A stretch of DNA of 64,000 nt, taken from assembly GCA_964016885.1 (NCBI GenBank), contig OZ024742.1, forward strand, positions 45,632,001-45,696,000, given 5' to 3'. Position 1 is the first letter of the stretch, and each line of letters opens with the position of its first letter. The notes below the pieces were generated by a model, which ran no database searches, was not told where the DNA came from, and saw only the letters and a list, made by a program, of their open reading frames with translations. The position numbers were made by a program, and so were the translations under genes. Below, piece by piece: positions 13,801 through 28,800 of the stretch. The DNA is from Eledone cirrhosa (lineage: Eukaryota).

Positions 13801-16800
13801 AGACCCTCCCAAACATTGACTATATATTAACTAGACACTACTGAGTGTGCTCTTATATGAGTTTTGATGGAAAGTAGACCCTCCCAAACATTGACTATAT
13901 ATTAACTCGACACTATTCAGTGTGCTCTTCCATGAGTTTTGATGGAAAGTAGACCCTCCCAAACATTGACTATATATTAAGTAGACACTACTCAGTGTGC
14001 TCTTCCATGAGTTTTGATGGAAAGTAGACCCTCCCAAACATTGACTATATATTAACTAGACACTACTCAGTGTGCTCTTCCATGAGTTTTGATGGAAAGT
14101 AGACCCTCCCAAACATTGACTATATATTAATGAGACACTATTCAGTATGCTCTTCCATGAGCTTTGAGGGAAAGTAGACCCTCCCAAACATTGACTATAT
14201 ATTAACTAGACACTACTCAGTGTGCTCTTCCATGAGTTTTGATGGAAAGTAGACCCTCTCTAACATTGACTATATATTAACTAGACACTACTCAGTGTGT
14301 TCTTTTGAGTTTTGAGGGAAAGTAGATCCTCCCAAACATTGACTATATATTAACTAGACACTACTCAGTGTGCTCTTCCATGAGTTTTGATGGAAAGTAG
14401 ACCCTCCCAAACATTGACTGTATATTAACTAGACACTACTGAGTGTGCTCTTATATGAGTTTTGATGGAAAGTAGACCCTCCCAAACATTGACTATATAT
14501 TAACTAGACACTCCTCAGTGTGCTCATCCATGAGCTTTGAGGGAAAGTAGACCCTCCCAAACATTGACTATATATTAACTAGACACTCCTCAGTGTGTTC
14601 TTTTATGAGTTTTGATGGAAAGTAGACCCTCCCAAACATTGACTATATATTAACTAGACACTACTCAGTGTGCTCTTTTATGAGTTTTGATGGAAAGTAG
14701 ACCCTCCCAAACATTGACTATATATTAACTAGACACTACTCAGTGTGCTCTTTTATGAATTTTGATGGAAAGTAGACCCTCCCAAACATTGACTATATAT
14801 TAACTAGACACTACTCAGTGTGCTCTTTTATGAGTTTTGATGGAAAGTAGACCCTCCCAAACATTGACTATATATTAACTAGACACTACTCAGTGTGCTC
14901 TTTTATGAGTTTTGATGGAAAGTAGACCCTCCCAAACATTGACTATATATTAACTAGACACTACTCAGTGTGTTCATTATGAGTTTTGATGGAAAGTAGA
15001 CCCTCCCAAACATTGACTATATATTAACTAGACACTACTCAGTGTGCTCTTTTATGAGTTTTGATGGAAAGTAGACCCTCCCAAACATTGACTGTATATT
15101 AACTAGACACTACTGAGTGTGCTCTTATATGAGTTTTGATGGAAAGTAGACCCTCCCAAACATTGACTATATATTAACTAGACACTACCCAGTGTGCTCT
15201 TCCATGAGTTTTGATGGAAAGTAGACCCTCCCAAACATTGACTATATATTAACTAGACACTAGTCAGTGTGATCTTCCATGAGTTTTGATGGAAAGTAGA
15301 TCCTCCCAAACATTGACTATGTATTAAGTAGACACTACTCAGTGTGCTCTTCCATGAGTTTTGAGGGAAAGTAGATCCTCCCAAACATTGACCATATATT
15401 AACTAGACACTACTCAGTGTGCTCTTCCATGAGTTTTGATGGGAAGTACACCCTCCCAAACATTGACTATATATTAACTAGACACTACTCAGTGTGCTCT
15501 TCCATGAGTTTTGATGGAAAGTAGACCCTCCCAAACATTGACTGTATATTAACTAGACACTACTGAGTGTGCTCTTATATGAGTTTTGATGGAAAGTAGA
15601 CCCTCCCAAACATTGACTATATATTAACTAGACACTCCTCAGTGTGCTCTTCCATGAGCTTTGATGGAAAGTAGAGTCTCCCAAACATTGACTATATATT
15701 AACTAGACACTACTCAGTGTGCTCTTTTATGAGTTTTGATGGAAAGTAGACCCTCCCAAACATTGACTATATATTAACTAGACACTACTCAGTGTGCTCT
15801 TTTATGAATTTTGATGGAAAGTAGACCCTCCCAAACATTGACTATATATTAACTAGACACTACTCAGTGTGCTCTTTTATGAGTTTTGATGGAAAGTAGA
15901 CCCTCCCAAACATTGACTATATATTAACTAGACACTACTCAGTGTGCTCTTTTATGAGTTTTGATGGAAAGTAGACCCTCCCAAACATTGACTATATATT
16001 AACTAGACACTACTCAGTGTGCTCTTTTATGAGTTTTGATGGAAAGTAGACCCTCCCAAACATTGACTATATATTAACTAGACACTACTCAGTGTGTTCT
16101 TTTATGAGTTTTGATGGAAAGTAGAGTCTCCCAAACATTGACTATATATTAACTAGACACTACTCAGTGTGCTCTTTTATGAGTTTTGATGGAAAGTAGA
16201 CCCTCCCAAACATTGACTGTATATTAACTAGACACTACTGAGAGTGCTCTTATATGAGTTTTGATGGAAAGTAGACCCTCCCAAACATTGACTATATATT
16301 AACTAGACACTACTCAGTGTGCTCTTCCATGAGTTTTGATGGAAAGTAGACCCTCCCAAACATTGACTATATATTAATGAGACACTATTCAGTATGCTCT
16401 TCCATGAGCTTTGAGGGAAAGTAGACCCTCCCAAACATTGACTATATATTAACTAGACACTACTCAGTGTGCTCTTCCATGAGTTTTGATGGAAAGTAGA
16501 CCCTCTCTAACATTGACTATATATTAACTAGACACTACTCAGTGTCTTCTTTTGAGTTTTGAGGGAAAGTAGATCCTCCCAAACATTGACTATATATTAA
16601 CTAGACACTACTCAGTGTGCTCTTCCATGAGTTTTGATGGAAAGTAGACCCTCCCAAACATTGACTGTATATTAACTAGACACTACTGAGTGTGCTCTTA
16701 TATGAGTTTTGATGGAAAGTAGACCCTCCCAAACATTGACTATATATTAACTAGACACTCCTCAGTGTGCTCTTCCATGAGCTTTGAGGGAAAGTAGACC

Positions 16801-19800
16801 CTCCCAAACATTGACTATATATTAACTAGACACTACTCAGTGTGCTCTTCCATGAGTTTTGATGGAAAGTAGACCCTCCCAAACATTGACTATATATTAA
16901 GTAGACACTACTGAGTGTGCTCTTATATGAGTTTTGATGGAAAGTAGACCCTCCCAAACATTGACTATATATTAACTCGACACTATTCAGTGTGCTCTTC
17001 CATGAGTTTTGATGGAAAGTAGACCCTCCCAAACATTGACTATATATTAAGTAGACACTACTCAGTGTGCTCTTCCATGAGTTTTGATGGAAAGTAGACC
17101 CTCCCAAACATTGACTATATATTAACTAGACACTACTCAGTGTGCTCTTCCATGAGTTTTGATGGAAAGTAGACCCTCCCAAACATTGACTATATATTAA
17201 TGAGACACTATTCAGTATGCTCTTCCATGAGCTTTGAGGGAAAGTAGACCCTCCCAAACATTGACTATATATTAACTAGACACTACTCAGTGTGCTCTTC
17301 CATGAGTTTTGATGGAAAGTAGACCCTCTCTAACATTGACTATATATTAACTAGACACTACTCAGTGTGTTCTTTTGAGTTTTGAGGGAAAGTAGATCCT
17401 CCCAAACATTGACTATATATTAACTAGACACTACTCAGTGTGCTCTTCCATGAGTTTTGATGGAAAGTAGACCCTCCCAAACATTGACTGTATATTAACT
17501 AGACACTACTGAGTGTGCTCTTATATGAGTTTTGATGGAAAGTAGACCCTCCCAAACATTGACTATATATTAACTAGACACTCCTCAGTGTGCTCATCCA
17601 TGAGCTTTGAGGGAAAGTAGACCCTCCCAAACATTGACTATATATTAACTAGACACTCCTCAGTGTGTTCTTTTATGAGTTTTGATGGAAAGTAGACCCT
17701 CCCAAACATTGACTATATATTAACTAGACACTACTCAGTGTGCTCTTTTATGAGTTTTGATGGAAAGTAGACCCTCCCAAACATTGACTATATATTAACT
17801 AGACACTACTCAGTGTGCTCTTTTATGAATTTTGATGGAAAGTAGACCCTCCCAAACATTGACTATATATTAACTAGACACTACTCAGTGTGCTCTTTTA
17901 TGAGTTTTGATGGAAAGTAGACCCTCCCAAACATTGACTATATATTAACTAGACACTACTCAGTGTGCTCTTTTATGAGTTTTGACGGAAAGTAGACCCT
18001 CCCAAACATTGACTATATATTAACTAGACACTACTCAGTGTGTTCATTATGAGTTTTGATGGAAAGTAGACCCTCCCAAACATTGACTATATATTAACTA
18101 GACACTACTCAGTGTGCTCTTTTATGAGTTTTGATGGAAAGTAGACCCTCCCAAACATTGACTGTATATTAACTAGACACTACTGAGTGTGCTCTTATAT
18201 GAGTTTTGATGGAAAGTAGACCCTCCCAAACATTGACTATATATTAACTAGACACTACCCAGTGTGCTCTTCCATGAGTTTTGATGGAAAGTAGACCCTC
18301 CCAAACATTGACTATATATTAACTAGACACTAGTCAGTGTGATCTTCCATGAGTTTTGATGGAAAGTAGATCCTCCCAAACATTGACTATGTATTAAGTA
18401 GACACTACTCAGTGTGCTCTTCCATGAGTTTTGAGGGAAAGTAGATCCTCCCAAACATTGACCATATATTAACTAGACACTACTCAGTGTGCTCTTCCAT
18501 GAGTTTTGATGGGAAGTACACCCTCCCAAACATTGACTATATATTAACTAGACACTACTCAGTGTGCTCTTCCATGAGTTTTGATGGAAAGTAGACCCTC
18601 CCAAACATTGACTGTATATTAACTAGACACTACTGAGTGTGCTCTTATATGAGTTTTGATGGAAAGTAGACCCTCCCAAACATTGACTATATATTAACTA
18701 GACACTCCTCAGTGTGCTCTTCCATGAGCTTTGATGGAAAGTAGAGTCTCCCAAACATTGACTATATATTAACTAGACACTACTCAGTGTGCTCTTTTAT
18801 GAGTTTTGATGGAAAGTAGACCCTCCCAAACATTGACTATATATTAACTAGACACTACTCAGTGTGCTCTTTTATGAATTTTGATGGAAAGTAGACCCTC
18901 CCAAACATTGACTATATATTAACTAGACACTACTCAGTGTGCTCTTTTATGAGTTTTGATGGAAAGTAGACCCTCCCAAACATTGACTATATATTAACTA
19001 GACACTACTCAGTGTGCTCTTTTATGAGTTTTGATGGAAAGTAGACCCTCCCAAACATTGACTATATATTAACTAGACACTACTCAGTGTGCTCTTTTAT
19101 GAGTTTTGATGGAAAGTAGACCCTCCCAAACATTGACTATATATTAACTAGACACTACTCAGTGTGTTCTTTTATGAGTTTTGATGGAAAGTAGAGTCTC
19201 CCAAACATTGACTATATATTAACTAGACACTACTCAGTGTGCTCTTTTATGAGTTTTGATGGAAAGTAGACCCTCCCAAACATTGACTGTATATTAACTA
19301 GACACTACTGAGAGTGCTCTTATATGAGTTTTGATGGAAAGTAGACCCTCCCAAACATTGACTATATATTAACTAGACACTATTCAGTGTGCTCTTCCAT
19401 GAGTTTTGATGGAAAGTAGACCCTCCCAAACATTGACTATATATTAAGTAGACACTACTCAGTGTGCTCTTCCATGAGTTTTGATGGAAAGTAGACCCTC
19501 CCAAACATTGACTATATATTAACTAGACACTACTCAGTGTGCTCTTCTATGAGTTTTGATGGAAAGTAGACCCTCCCAAACATTGACTATATATTAACTA
19601 GACACTACTCAGTGTGCTCTTCCATGAGTTTTGATGAAAAGTAGACCCTCCCAAACATTGACTATATATTAACTAGACACTACTCAGTGTGCTCTTCCAT
19701 GAGTTTTGAGGGAAAGTAGACCGTCCCAAACATTGACTATATATGAAATAGACACTACCCAGTGTGCTCTTCCATGAGTTTTGATGGAAAGTAGACCCTC

Positions 19801-22800
19801 CCAAACATTGACTATCTATTAACTAGACACTACTCAGTGTGTTCTTTTATGAGTTTTGATGGAAAGTAGACCCTCTCAAACATTGACTATATATTAACTA
19901 GACACTACTCAGTGTGCTCTTTTATGAGTTTTGATGGAAAGTAGACCCTCTCAAACATTGACTATATATTAACTAGACACTACTCAGTGTGCCTTTCCAT
20001 GAGTTCTGATGGAAAGTAGACCCTCCCAAACATTGACTATATATTAACTAGACACTCCTCAGTATGCTCTTCTATGAGTTTTGATGGAAAGTAGACCCTC
20101 CCAAACATTGACTATATATTAACTAGACACTACTCAGTGTGCTCTTCCATGAGTTTTGATGAAAAGTAGACCCTCCCAAACATTGACTATATATTAACCA
20201 GACACTACCCAGTGTGCTCTTCCATGAGTTTTGATGGAAAGTAGACCCTCCCAAACATTGACTATATATTAACTAGACACTACTCAGTTTGCTCTTTTAT
20301 GAGTTTTGATGGAAAGTAGACCCTCCCAAACATTGACTATATATTAACTAGACACTACTCAGTGTGCTCTTTTATGAGTTTTGATGGAAAGTAGACCCTC
20401 CCAAACATTGACTATATATTAACTAGACACTACTCAGTGTGCTCTTTTATGAGTTTTGATGGAAAGTAGACCCTCCCAAACATTGACTATATATTAACTA
20501 GACACTACTCAGTGTGTTCATTATGAGTTTTGATGGAAAGTAGACCCTCCCAAACATTGACTATATATTAACTAGACACTACTCAGTGTGCTCTTTTATG
20601 AGTTTTGATGGAAAGTAGACCCTCCCAAACATTGACTGTATATTAACTAGACACTACTGAGTGTGCTCTTATATGAGTTTTGATGGAAAGTAGACCCTCC
20701 CAAACATTGACTATATATTAACTAGACACTACCCAGTGTGCTCTTCCATGAGTTTTGATGGAAAGTAGACCCTCCCAAACATTGACTATATATTAACTAG
20801 ACACTAGTCAGTGTGATCTTCCATGAGTTTTGATGGAAAGTAGATCCTCCCAAACATTGACTATGTATTAAGTAGACACTACTCAGTGTGCTCTTCCATG
20901 AGTTTTGAGGGAAAGTAGATCCTCCCAAACATTGACCATATATTAACTAGACACTACTCAGTGTGCTCTTCCATGAGTTTTGATGGGAAGTACACCCTCC
21001 CAAACATTGACTATATATTAACTAGACACTACTCAGTGTGCTCTTCCATGAGTTTTGATGGAAAGTAGACCCTCCCAAACATTGACTGTATATTAACTAG
21101 ACACTACTGAGTGTGCTCTTCCATGAGCTTTGATGGAAAGTAGAGTCTCCCAAACATTGACTATATATTAACTAGACACTACTCAGTGTGCTCTTTTATG
21201 AGTTTTGATGGAAAGTAGACCCTCCCAAACATTGACTATATATTAACTAGACACTACTCAGTGTGCTCTTTTATGAATTTTGATGGAAAGTAGACCCTCC
21301 CAAACATTGACTATATACTAACTAGACACTACTCAGTGTGCTCTTTTATGAGTTTTGATGGAAAGTAGACCCTCCCAAACATTGACTATATATTAACTAG
21401 ACACTACTCAGTGTGCTCTTTTATGAGTTTTGATGGAAAGTAGACCCTCCCAAACATTGACTATATATTAACTAGACACTACTCAGTGTGCTCTTTTATG
21501 AGTTTTGATGGAAAGTAGACCCTCCCAAACATTGACTATATATTAACTAGACACTACTCAGTGTGTTCTTTTATGAGTTTTGATGGAAAGTAGAGTCTCC
21601 CAAACATTGACTATATATTAACTAGACACTACTCAGTGTGCTCTTTTATGAGTTTTGATGGAAAGTAGACCCTCCCAAACATTGACTGTATATTAACTAG
21701 ACACTACTGAGAGTGCTCTTATATGAGTTTTGATGGAAAGTAGACCCTCCCAAACATTGACTATATATTAACTAGACACTATTCAGTGTGCTCTTCCATG
21801 AGTTTTGATGGAAAGTAGACCCTCCCAAACATTGACTATATATTAAGTAGACACTACTCAGTGTGCTCTTCCATGAGTTTTGATGGAAAGTAGACCCTCC
21901 CAAACATTGACTATATATTAACTAGACACTACTCAGTGTGCTCTTCTATGAGTTTTGATGGAAAGTAGACCCTCCCAAACATTGACTATATATTAACTAG
22001 ACACTACTCAGTGTGCTCTTCCATGAGTTTTGATGAAAAGTAGACCCTCCCAAACATTGACTATATATTAACTAGACACTACTCAGTGTGCTCTTCCATG
22101 AGTTTTGAGGGAAAGTAGACCGTCCCAAACATTGACTATATATGAAATAGACACTACCCAGTGTGCTCTTCCATGAGTTTTGATGGAAAGTAGACCCTCC
22201 CAAACATTGACTATCTATTAACTAGACACTACTCAGTGTGTTCTTTTATGAGTTTTGATGGAAAGTAGACCCTCTCAAACATTGACTATATATTAACTAG
22301 ACACTACTCAGTGTGCTCTTTTATGAGTTTTGATGGAAAGTAGACCCTCCCAAACATTGACTATATATTAACTAGACACTACTCAGTGTGCCTTTCCATG
22401 AGTTCTGATGGAAAGTAGACCCTCCCAAACATTGACTATATATTAACTAGACACTCCTCAGTATGCTCTTCTATGAGTTTTGATGGAAAGTAGACCCTCC
22501 CAAACATTGACTATATATTAACTAGACACTACTCAGTGTGCTCTTCCATGAGTTTTGATGAAAAGTAGACCCTCCCAAACATTGACTATATATTAACCAG
22601 ACACTACCCAGTGTGCTCTTCCATGAGTTTTGATGGAAAGTAGACCCTCCCAAACATTGACTATATATTAACTAGACACTACTCAGTTTGCTCTTTTATG
22701 AGTTTTGATGGAAAGTAGACCCTCCCAAACATTGACTATATATTAACTAGACACTACTCAGTGTGCTCTTTTATGAGTTTTGATGGAAAGTAGACCCTCC

Positions 22801-25800
22801 CAAACATTGACTATATATTAACTAGACACTACACAGTGTTCTCTTCCATGAGCTTTGATGGAAAGTAGAACCTCCCAAACATTGATTATACATTAACTAG
22901 ACACTACTCAGTGTGCACTTCCATCAGTTTTGATGGAAAGTAGACCCTCCCAAACATTGACTATATATTAACTAGACACTACTCAGTGTGCTCTTCCATG
23001 AGTTTTGATGGAAAGTAGACCCTCCCAAACATTGACTAGATATTAACTAGACACTACCCAGTGTACTCTTCCATGAGTTTTGATGGAAAGTAGACCCTCC
23101 CAAACATTGATTGTATATTAACTAGACACTACTCAGTGAGCTCTTCCATGAGTTTTGATGGAAAGTAGACCCTCCCAAACATTGACTATATATTAACTAG
23201 ACACTACTCAGTGTGCTCTTTTGTTAGTTTTGATGGAAAGTAGACCCTCCCTAACATTGACTATATATTAACGAGACACTACTCGGTGTGCTCTTCCATG
23301 AGTTTGATGGAAAGTAGACCCTCCCAAACATTGACTATATATTAACTAGACACTACTCAGTGTGCTCTTCCATGAGTTTTGATGGAAAGTAGACCCTCCC
23401 AAACATTGACTATATATTAACTAGACACTACTCAGTGTGCTCTTTTATGAGTTTTGATGGAAAGTAGACCCTCCCAAACATTGTCTATATATTAACTAGA
23501 CACTACTCAGTGTGCTCTTTTATGAGTTTTGATGGAAAGTAGACCCTCCCAAACATTGACTATATATTAACTAGACACTACTCAGTGTGCTCTTTTGTGA
23601 GTTTTGATGGAAAGTAGACCCTCCCAAACATTGACTATATATTAACTAGACACTACTCAGTGTGCTCTTCCATGAGTTTTGATGGAAAGTATACCCTCCC
23701 AAACATTGATTATATATTAACTGGACACTACTCAGTGTGCTCTTCCATGAGTTTTGATGGAAAGTAGACCCTCTCTAACATTGACTATATATTAACTAGA
23801 CACTACTCAGTGTGCCCTTCCATGAGTTTTGATGGAAAGTAGACCCTCCCAAACATTGACTATATATTAACTAGACACTACTCAGTGTGCTCTTCCATGA
23901 GTTTTGATGGAAAGTAGACCCTCCCAAACATTGACTATATATTAACTAGACACTACTCAGTGTGCTCTTCCATGAGTTTTGATGGAAAGTAGACCCTCCC
24001 AAACATTGACTATATATTAACTAAACACTACTCAGTGTGCTCTTCCATGAATTTTGATGGAGAGTAGACTCTCCCAAACATTGACTATATATTAACGAGA
24101 CACTACTCAGTGTGCACTTCCATGAGCTTTGAGGGAAAGTAGACCCTCCCAAACATTGACTATATATTTACTAGACACTACTCAGTGTGCTCTTCCATGA
24201 GTTTTGATGGAAAGTAGACCCTCCCAAACATTGACTATATATTAACTAGACACTACTCAGTGTGCTCTTCCATGAGTTTTGATGGAAAGTAGACCCTCCC
24301 AAACATTGACTTTATATTAACTAGACACTCCTCAGTGTGTTCTTTTATGAGTTTTGATGGAAAGTAGACCCTCCCAAACGTTGACTATATATTAACTGGA
24401 CACTACTCAGTGTGCTCTTCCATGAGTTTTGATGGAAAGTAGACCCTCCCAAACATTGACTATATATTAACTAGACACTACTGAGTGTGCTCTTCCATGA
24501 GATTTGATGGAAAGTAGACCCTCCCAAACATTGACTATATATGAACTAGACACTACTCAGTGTGCTCTTCCATGAGTTTTGATGGAAAGTAGACCCTCCC
24601 AAACATTGACTATATATTAACGAGACACTACTCAGTATGCTCTTCCATGAGCTTTGAGGGAAAGTAGACCCTCCCAAACATTGACTATATATTAACGAGA
24701 CACTACTCAGTATGCTCTTCCATGAGCTTTGAGGGAAAGTAGACCCTCCCAAACATTGACTATATATTAACTAAACACTATTCAGTGTGCTCTTCCATGA
24801 ATTTTGATGGAGAGTAGACCCTCCCAAACATTGACTATATATTAACTAGACACTACTCAGTATGCTCTTACATAAGTTTTGAGGGAAAGTAGACCCTCTC
24901 TAACATTGACTATATATTAACGAGACACTACTCAGTGTGCTCTTCCATGAGTTTTGATGGAAAGTAGACCCTCCCAAACATTGACTATATATTAACTAGA
25001 CACTACTCAGTGTGCTCTTCCATGAGTTTTGATGGAAAGTAGATCCTCCCAAACATTGACTATATATTAACTAAACACTACTCAGTGTGCTCTTCCATGA
25101 ATTTTGATGGAGAGTAGACTCTCCCAAACATTGACTATATATTAACGAGACACTACTCAGTGTGCACTTCCATGAGCTTTGAGGGAAAGTAGACCCTCCC
25201 AAACATTGACTATATATTAACTAGACACTACTCAGTGTGCTCTTTTATGAGTTTTGATGGAAAGTAGACCCTCCCAAACATTGACTATATATTAACTAGA
25301 CACTACTCAGTGTGCCTTTCCATGAGTTTTGATGGAAAGTAGACCCTCCCAAACATTGACTATATATTAACTAGACACTCCTCAGTGTGCTCTTCTATGA
25401 GTTTTGATGGAAAGTAGACCCTCCCAAACATTGACTATATATTAACTAGACACTACTCAGTGTGCTCTTCCATGAGTTTTGATGAAAAGTAGACCCTCCC
25501 AAACATTGACTATATATTAACTAGACACTACCCAGTGTGCTCTTCCATGAGTTTTGATGGAAACTAGACCCTCCCAAACATTGACTATATATTAACTAAA
25601 CACTACTCAGTGTGCTCTTCCATGAATTTTGATGGAGAGTAGACTCTCCCAAACATTGACTATATATTAACGAGACACTACTCAGTGTGCACTTCCATGA
25701 GCTTTGAGGGAAAGTAGACCCTCCCAAACATTGACTATATATTTACTAGACACTACTTAGTGTGCTCTTCCATGAGTTTTGATGGAAAGTAGACCCTCCC

Positions 25801-28800
25801 AAACATTGACTTTATATTAACTAGACACTCCTCAGTGTGTTCTTTTATGTGTTTTGATGGAAAGTAGACCCTCCCAAACGTTGACTATATATTAACTAAA
25901 CACTATTCTGTGTGCTCTTCCATGAATTTTGATGGAGAGTAGACCCTCCCAAACATTGACTATATATTAACTAGACACTACTCAGTATGCTCTTACATGA
26001 GTTTTGAGGGAAAGTAGACCCTCTCTAACATTGACTATATATTAACTAGACACTACTCAGTGTGCTCTTTTGTTAGTTTTGATGGAAAGTAGACCCTCCC
26101 TAACATTGACTATATATTAACTAGACACTACTCGGTGTGGTCTTCCATGAGTTTGATGGAAAGTAGACCCTCCCAAACATTGACTATATATTAACTAGAC
26201 ACTACTCAGTGTGCTCTTCCATGAGTTTTGATGGAAAGTAGACCCTCCCAAACATTGACTATATATTAACTAGACACTACTCAGTGTGCTCTTTTATGAG
26301 TTTTGATGGAAAGTAGACCCTCCCAAACATTGTCTATATATTAACTAGACACTACTCAGTGTGCTCTTTTATGAGTTTTGATGGAAAGTAGACCCTCCCA
26401 AACATTGACTATATATTAACTAGACACTACTCAGTGTGCTCTTTTGTGAGTTTTGATGGAAAGTAGACCCTCCCAAACATTGACTATATATTAACTAGAC
26501 ACTACTCAGTGTGCTCTTCCATGAGTTTTGATGGAAAGTATACCCTCCCAAACATTGATTATATATTAACTGGACACTACTCAGTGTGCTCTTCCATGAG
26601 TTTTGATGGAAAGTAGACCCTCCCAAACATTGACTATATATTAATGAGACACTATTCAGTATGCTCTTCCATGAGCTTTGAGGGAAAATAGACCCTCCCA
26701 AACATTGACTATATATTAACTACACACTACTCAGTGTGCTCTTCCATGAGTTTTGATGGAAAGTAGACCCTCTCTAACATTGACTATATATTAACTAGAC
26801 ACTACTCAGTGTGCCCTTCCATGAGTTTTGATGGAAAGTAGACCCTCCCAAACATTGACTATATATTAACTAGACACTACTCAGTGTGCTCTTCCATGAG
26901 TTTTGATGGAAAGTAGACCCTCCCAAACATTGACTATATATTAACTAGACACTACTCAGTGTGCTCTTCCATGAGTTTTGATGGAAAGTAGACCCTCCCA
27001 AACATTGACTATATATTAACTAAACACTACTCAGTGTGCTCTTCCATGAATTTTGATGGAGAGTAGACTCTCCCAAACATTGACTATATATTAACGAGAC
27101 ACTACTCAGTGTGCACTTCCATGAGCTTTGAGGGAAAGTAGACCCTCCCAAACATTGACTATATATTTACTAGACACTACTCAGTGTGCTCTTCCATGAG
27201 TTTTGATGGAAAGTAGACCCTCCCAAACATTGACTATATATTAACTAGACACTACTCAGTGTGCTCTTCCATGAGTTTTGATGGAAAGTAGACCCTCCCA
27301 AACATTGACTATATATTAACTAGACACTACTCAGTGTGCTCTTCCATGAGTTTTGATGGAAAGTAGACCCTCCCAAACATTGACTATATATTAACTAAAC
27401 ACTACTCAGTGTGCTCTTCCATGAATTTTGATGGAGAGTAGACTCTCCCAAACATTGACTATATATTAACTAGACACTACTCAGTGTGCTCTTCCATGAG
27501 TTTTGATGGAAAGTAGACCCTCCCAAACATTGACTTTATATTAACTAGACACTCCTCAGTGTGTTCTTTTATGAGTTTTGATGGAAAGTAGACCCTCCCA
27601 AACGTTGACTATATATTAACTGGACACTACTCAGTGTGCTCTTCCATGAGTTTTGATGGAAAGTAGACCCTCCCAAACATTGACTATATATTAACTAGAC
27701 ACTACTGAGTGTGCTCTTCCATGAGATTTGATGGAAAGTAGACCCTCCCAAACATTGACTATATATGAACTAGACACTACTCAGTGTGCTCTTCCATGAG
27801 TTTTGATGGAAAGTAGACCCTCCCAAACATTGACTATATATTAACGAGACACTACTCAGTATGCTCTTCCATGAGCTTTGAGGGAAAGTAGACCCTCCCA
27901 AACATTGACTATATATTAACGAGACACTACTCAGTATGCTCTTCCATGAGCTTTGAGGGAAAGTAGACCCTCCCAAACATTGACTATATATTAACTAAAC
28001 ACTATTCAGTGTGCTCTTCCATGAATTTTGATGGAGAGTAGACCCTCCCAAACATTGACTATATATTAACTAGACACTACTCAGTATGCTCTTACATAAG
28101 TTTTGAGGGAAAGTAGACCCTCTCTAACATTGACTATATATTAACTAGACACTACTCAGTGTGCTCTTCCATGAGTTTTGATGGAAAGTAGATCCTCCCA
28201 AACATTGACTATATATTAACTAAACACTACTCAGTGTGCTCTTCCATGAATTTTGATGGAGAGTAGACTCTCCCAAACATTGACTATATATTAACGAGAC
28301 ACTACTCAGTGTGCACTTCCATGAGCTTTGAGGGAAAGTAGACCCTCCCAAACATTGACTATATATTAACTAGACACTACTCAGTGTGCTCTTTTATGAG
28401 TTTTGATGGAAAGTAGACCCTCCCAAACATTGACTATATATTAACTAGACACTACTCAGTGTGCCTTTCCATGAGTTTTGATGGAAAGTAGACCCTCCCA
28501 AACATTGACTATATATTAACGAGACACTACTCAGTGTGCACTTCCATGAGCTTTGAGGGAAAGTAGACCCTCCCAAACATTGACTATATATTTACTAGAC
28601 ACTACTTAGTGTGCTCTTCCATGAGTTTTGATGGAAAGTAGACCCTCCCAAACATTGACTTTATATTAACTAGACACTCCTCAGTGTGTTCTTTTATGTG
28701 TTTTGATGGAAAGTAGACCCTCCCAAACGTTGACTATATATTAACTAAACACTATTCAGTGTGCTCTTCCATGAATTTTGATGGAGAGTAGACCCTCCCA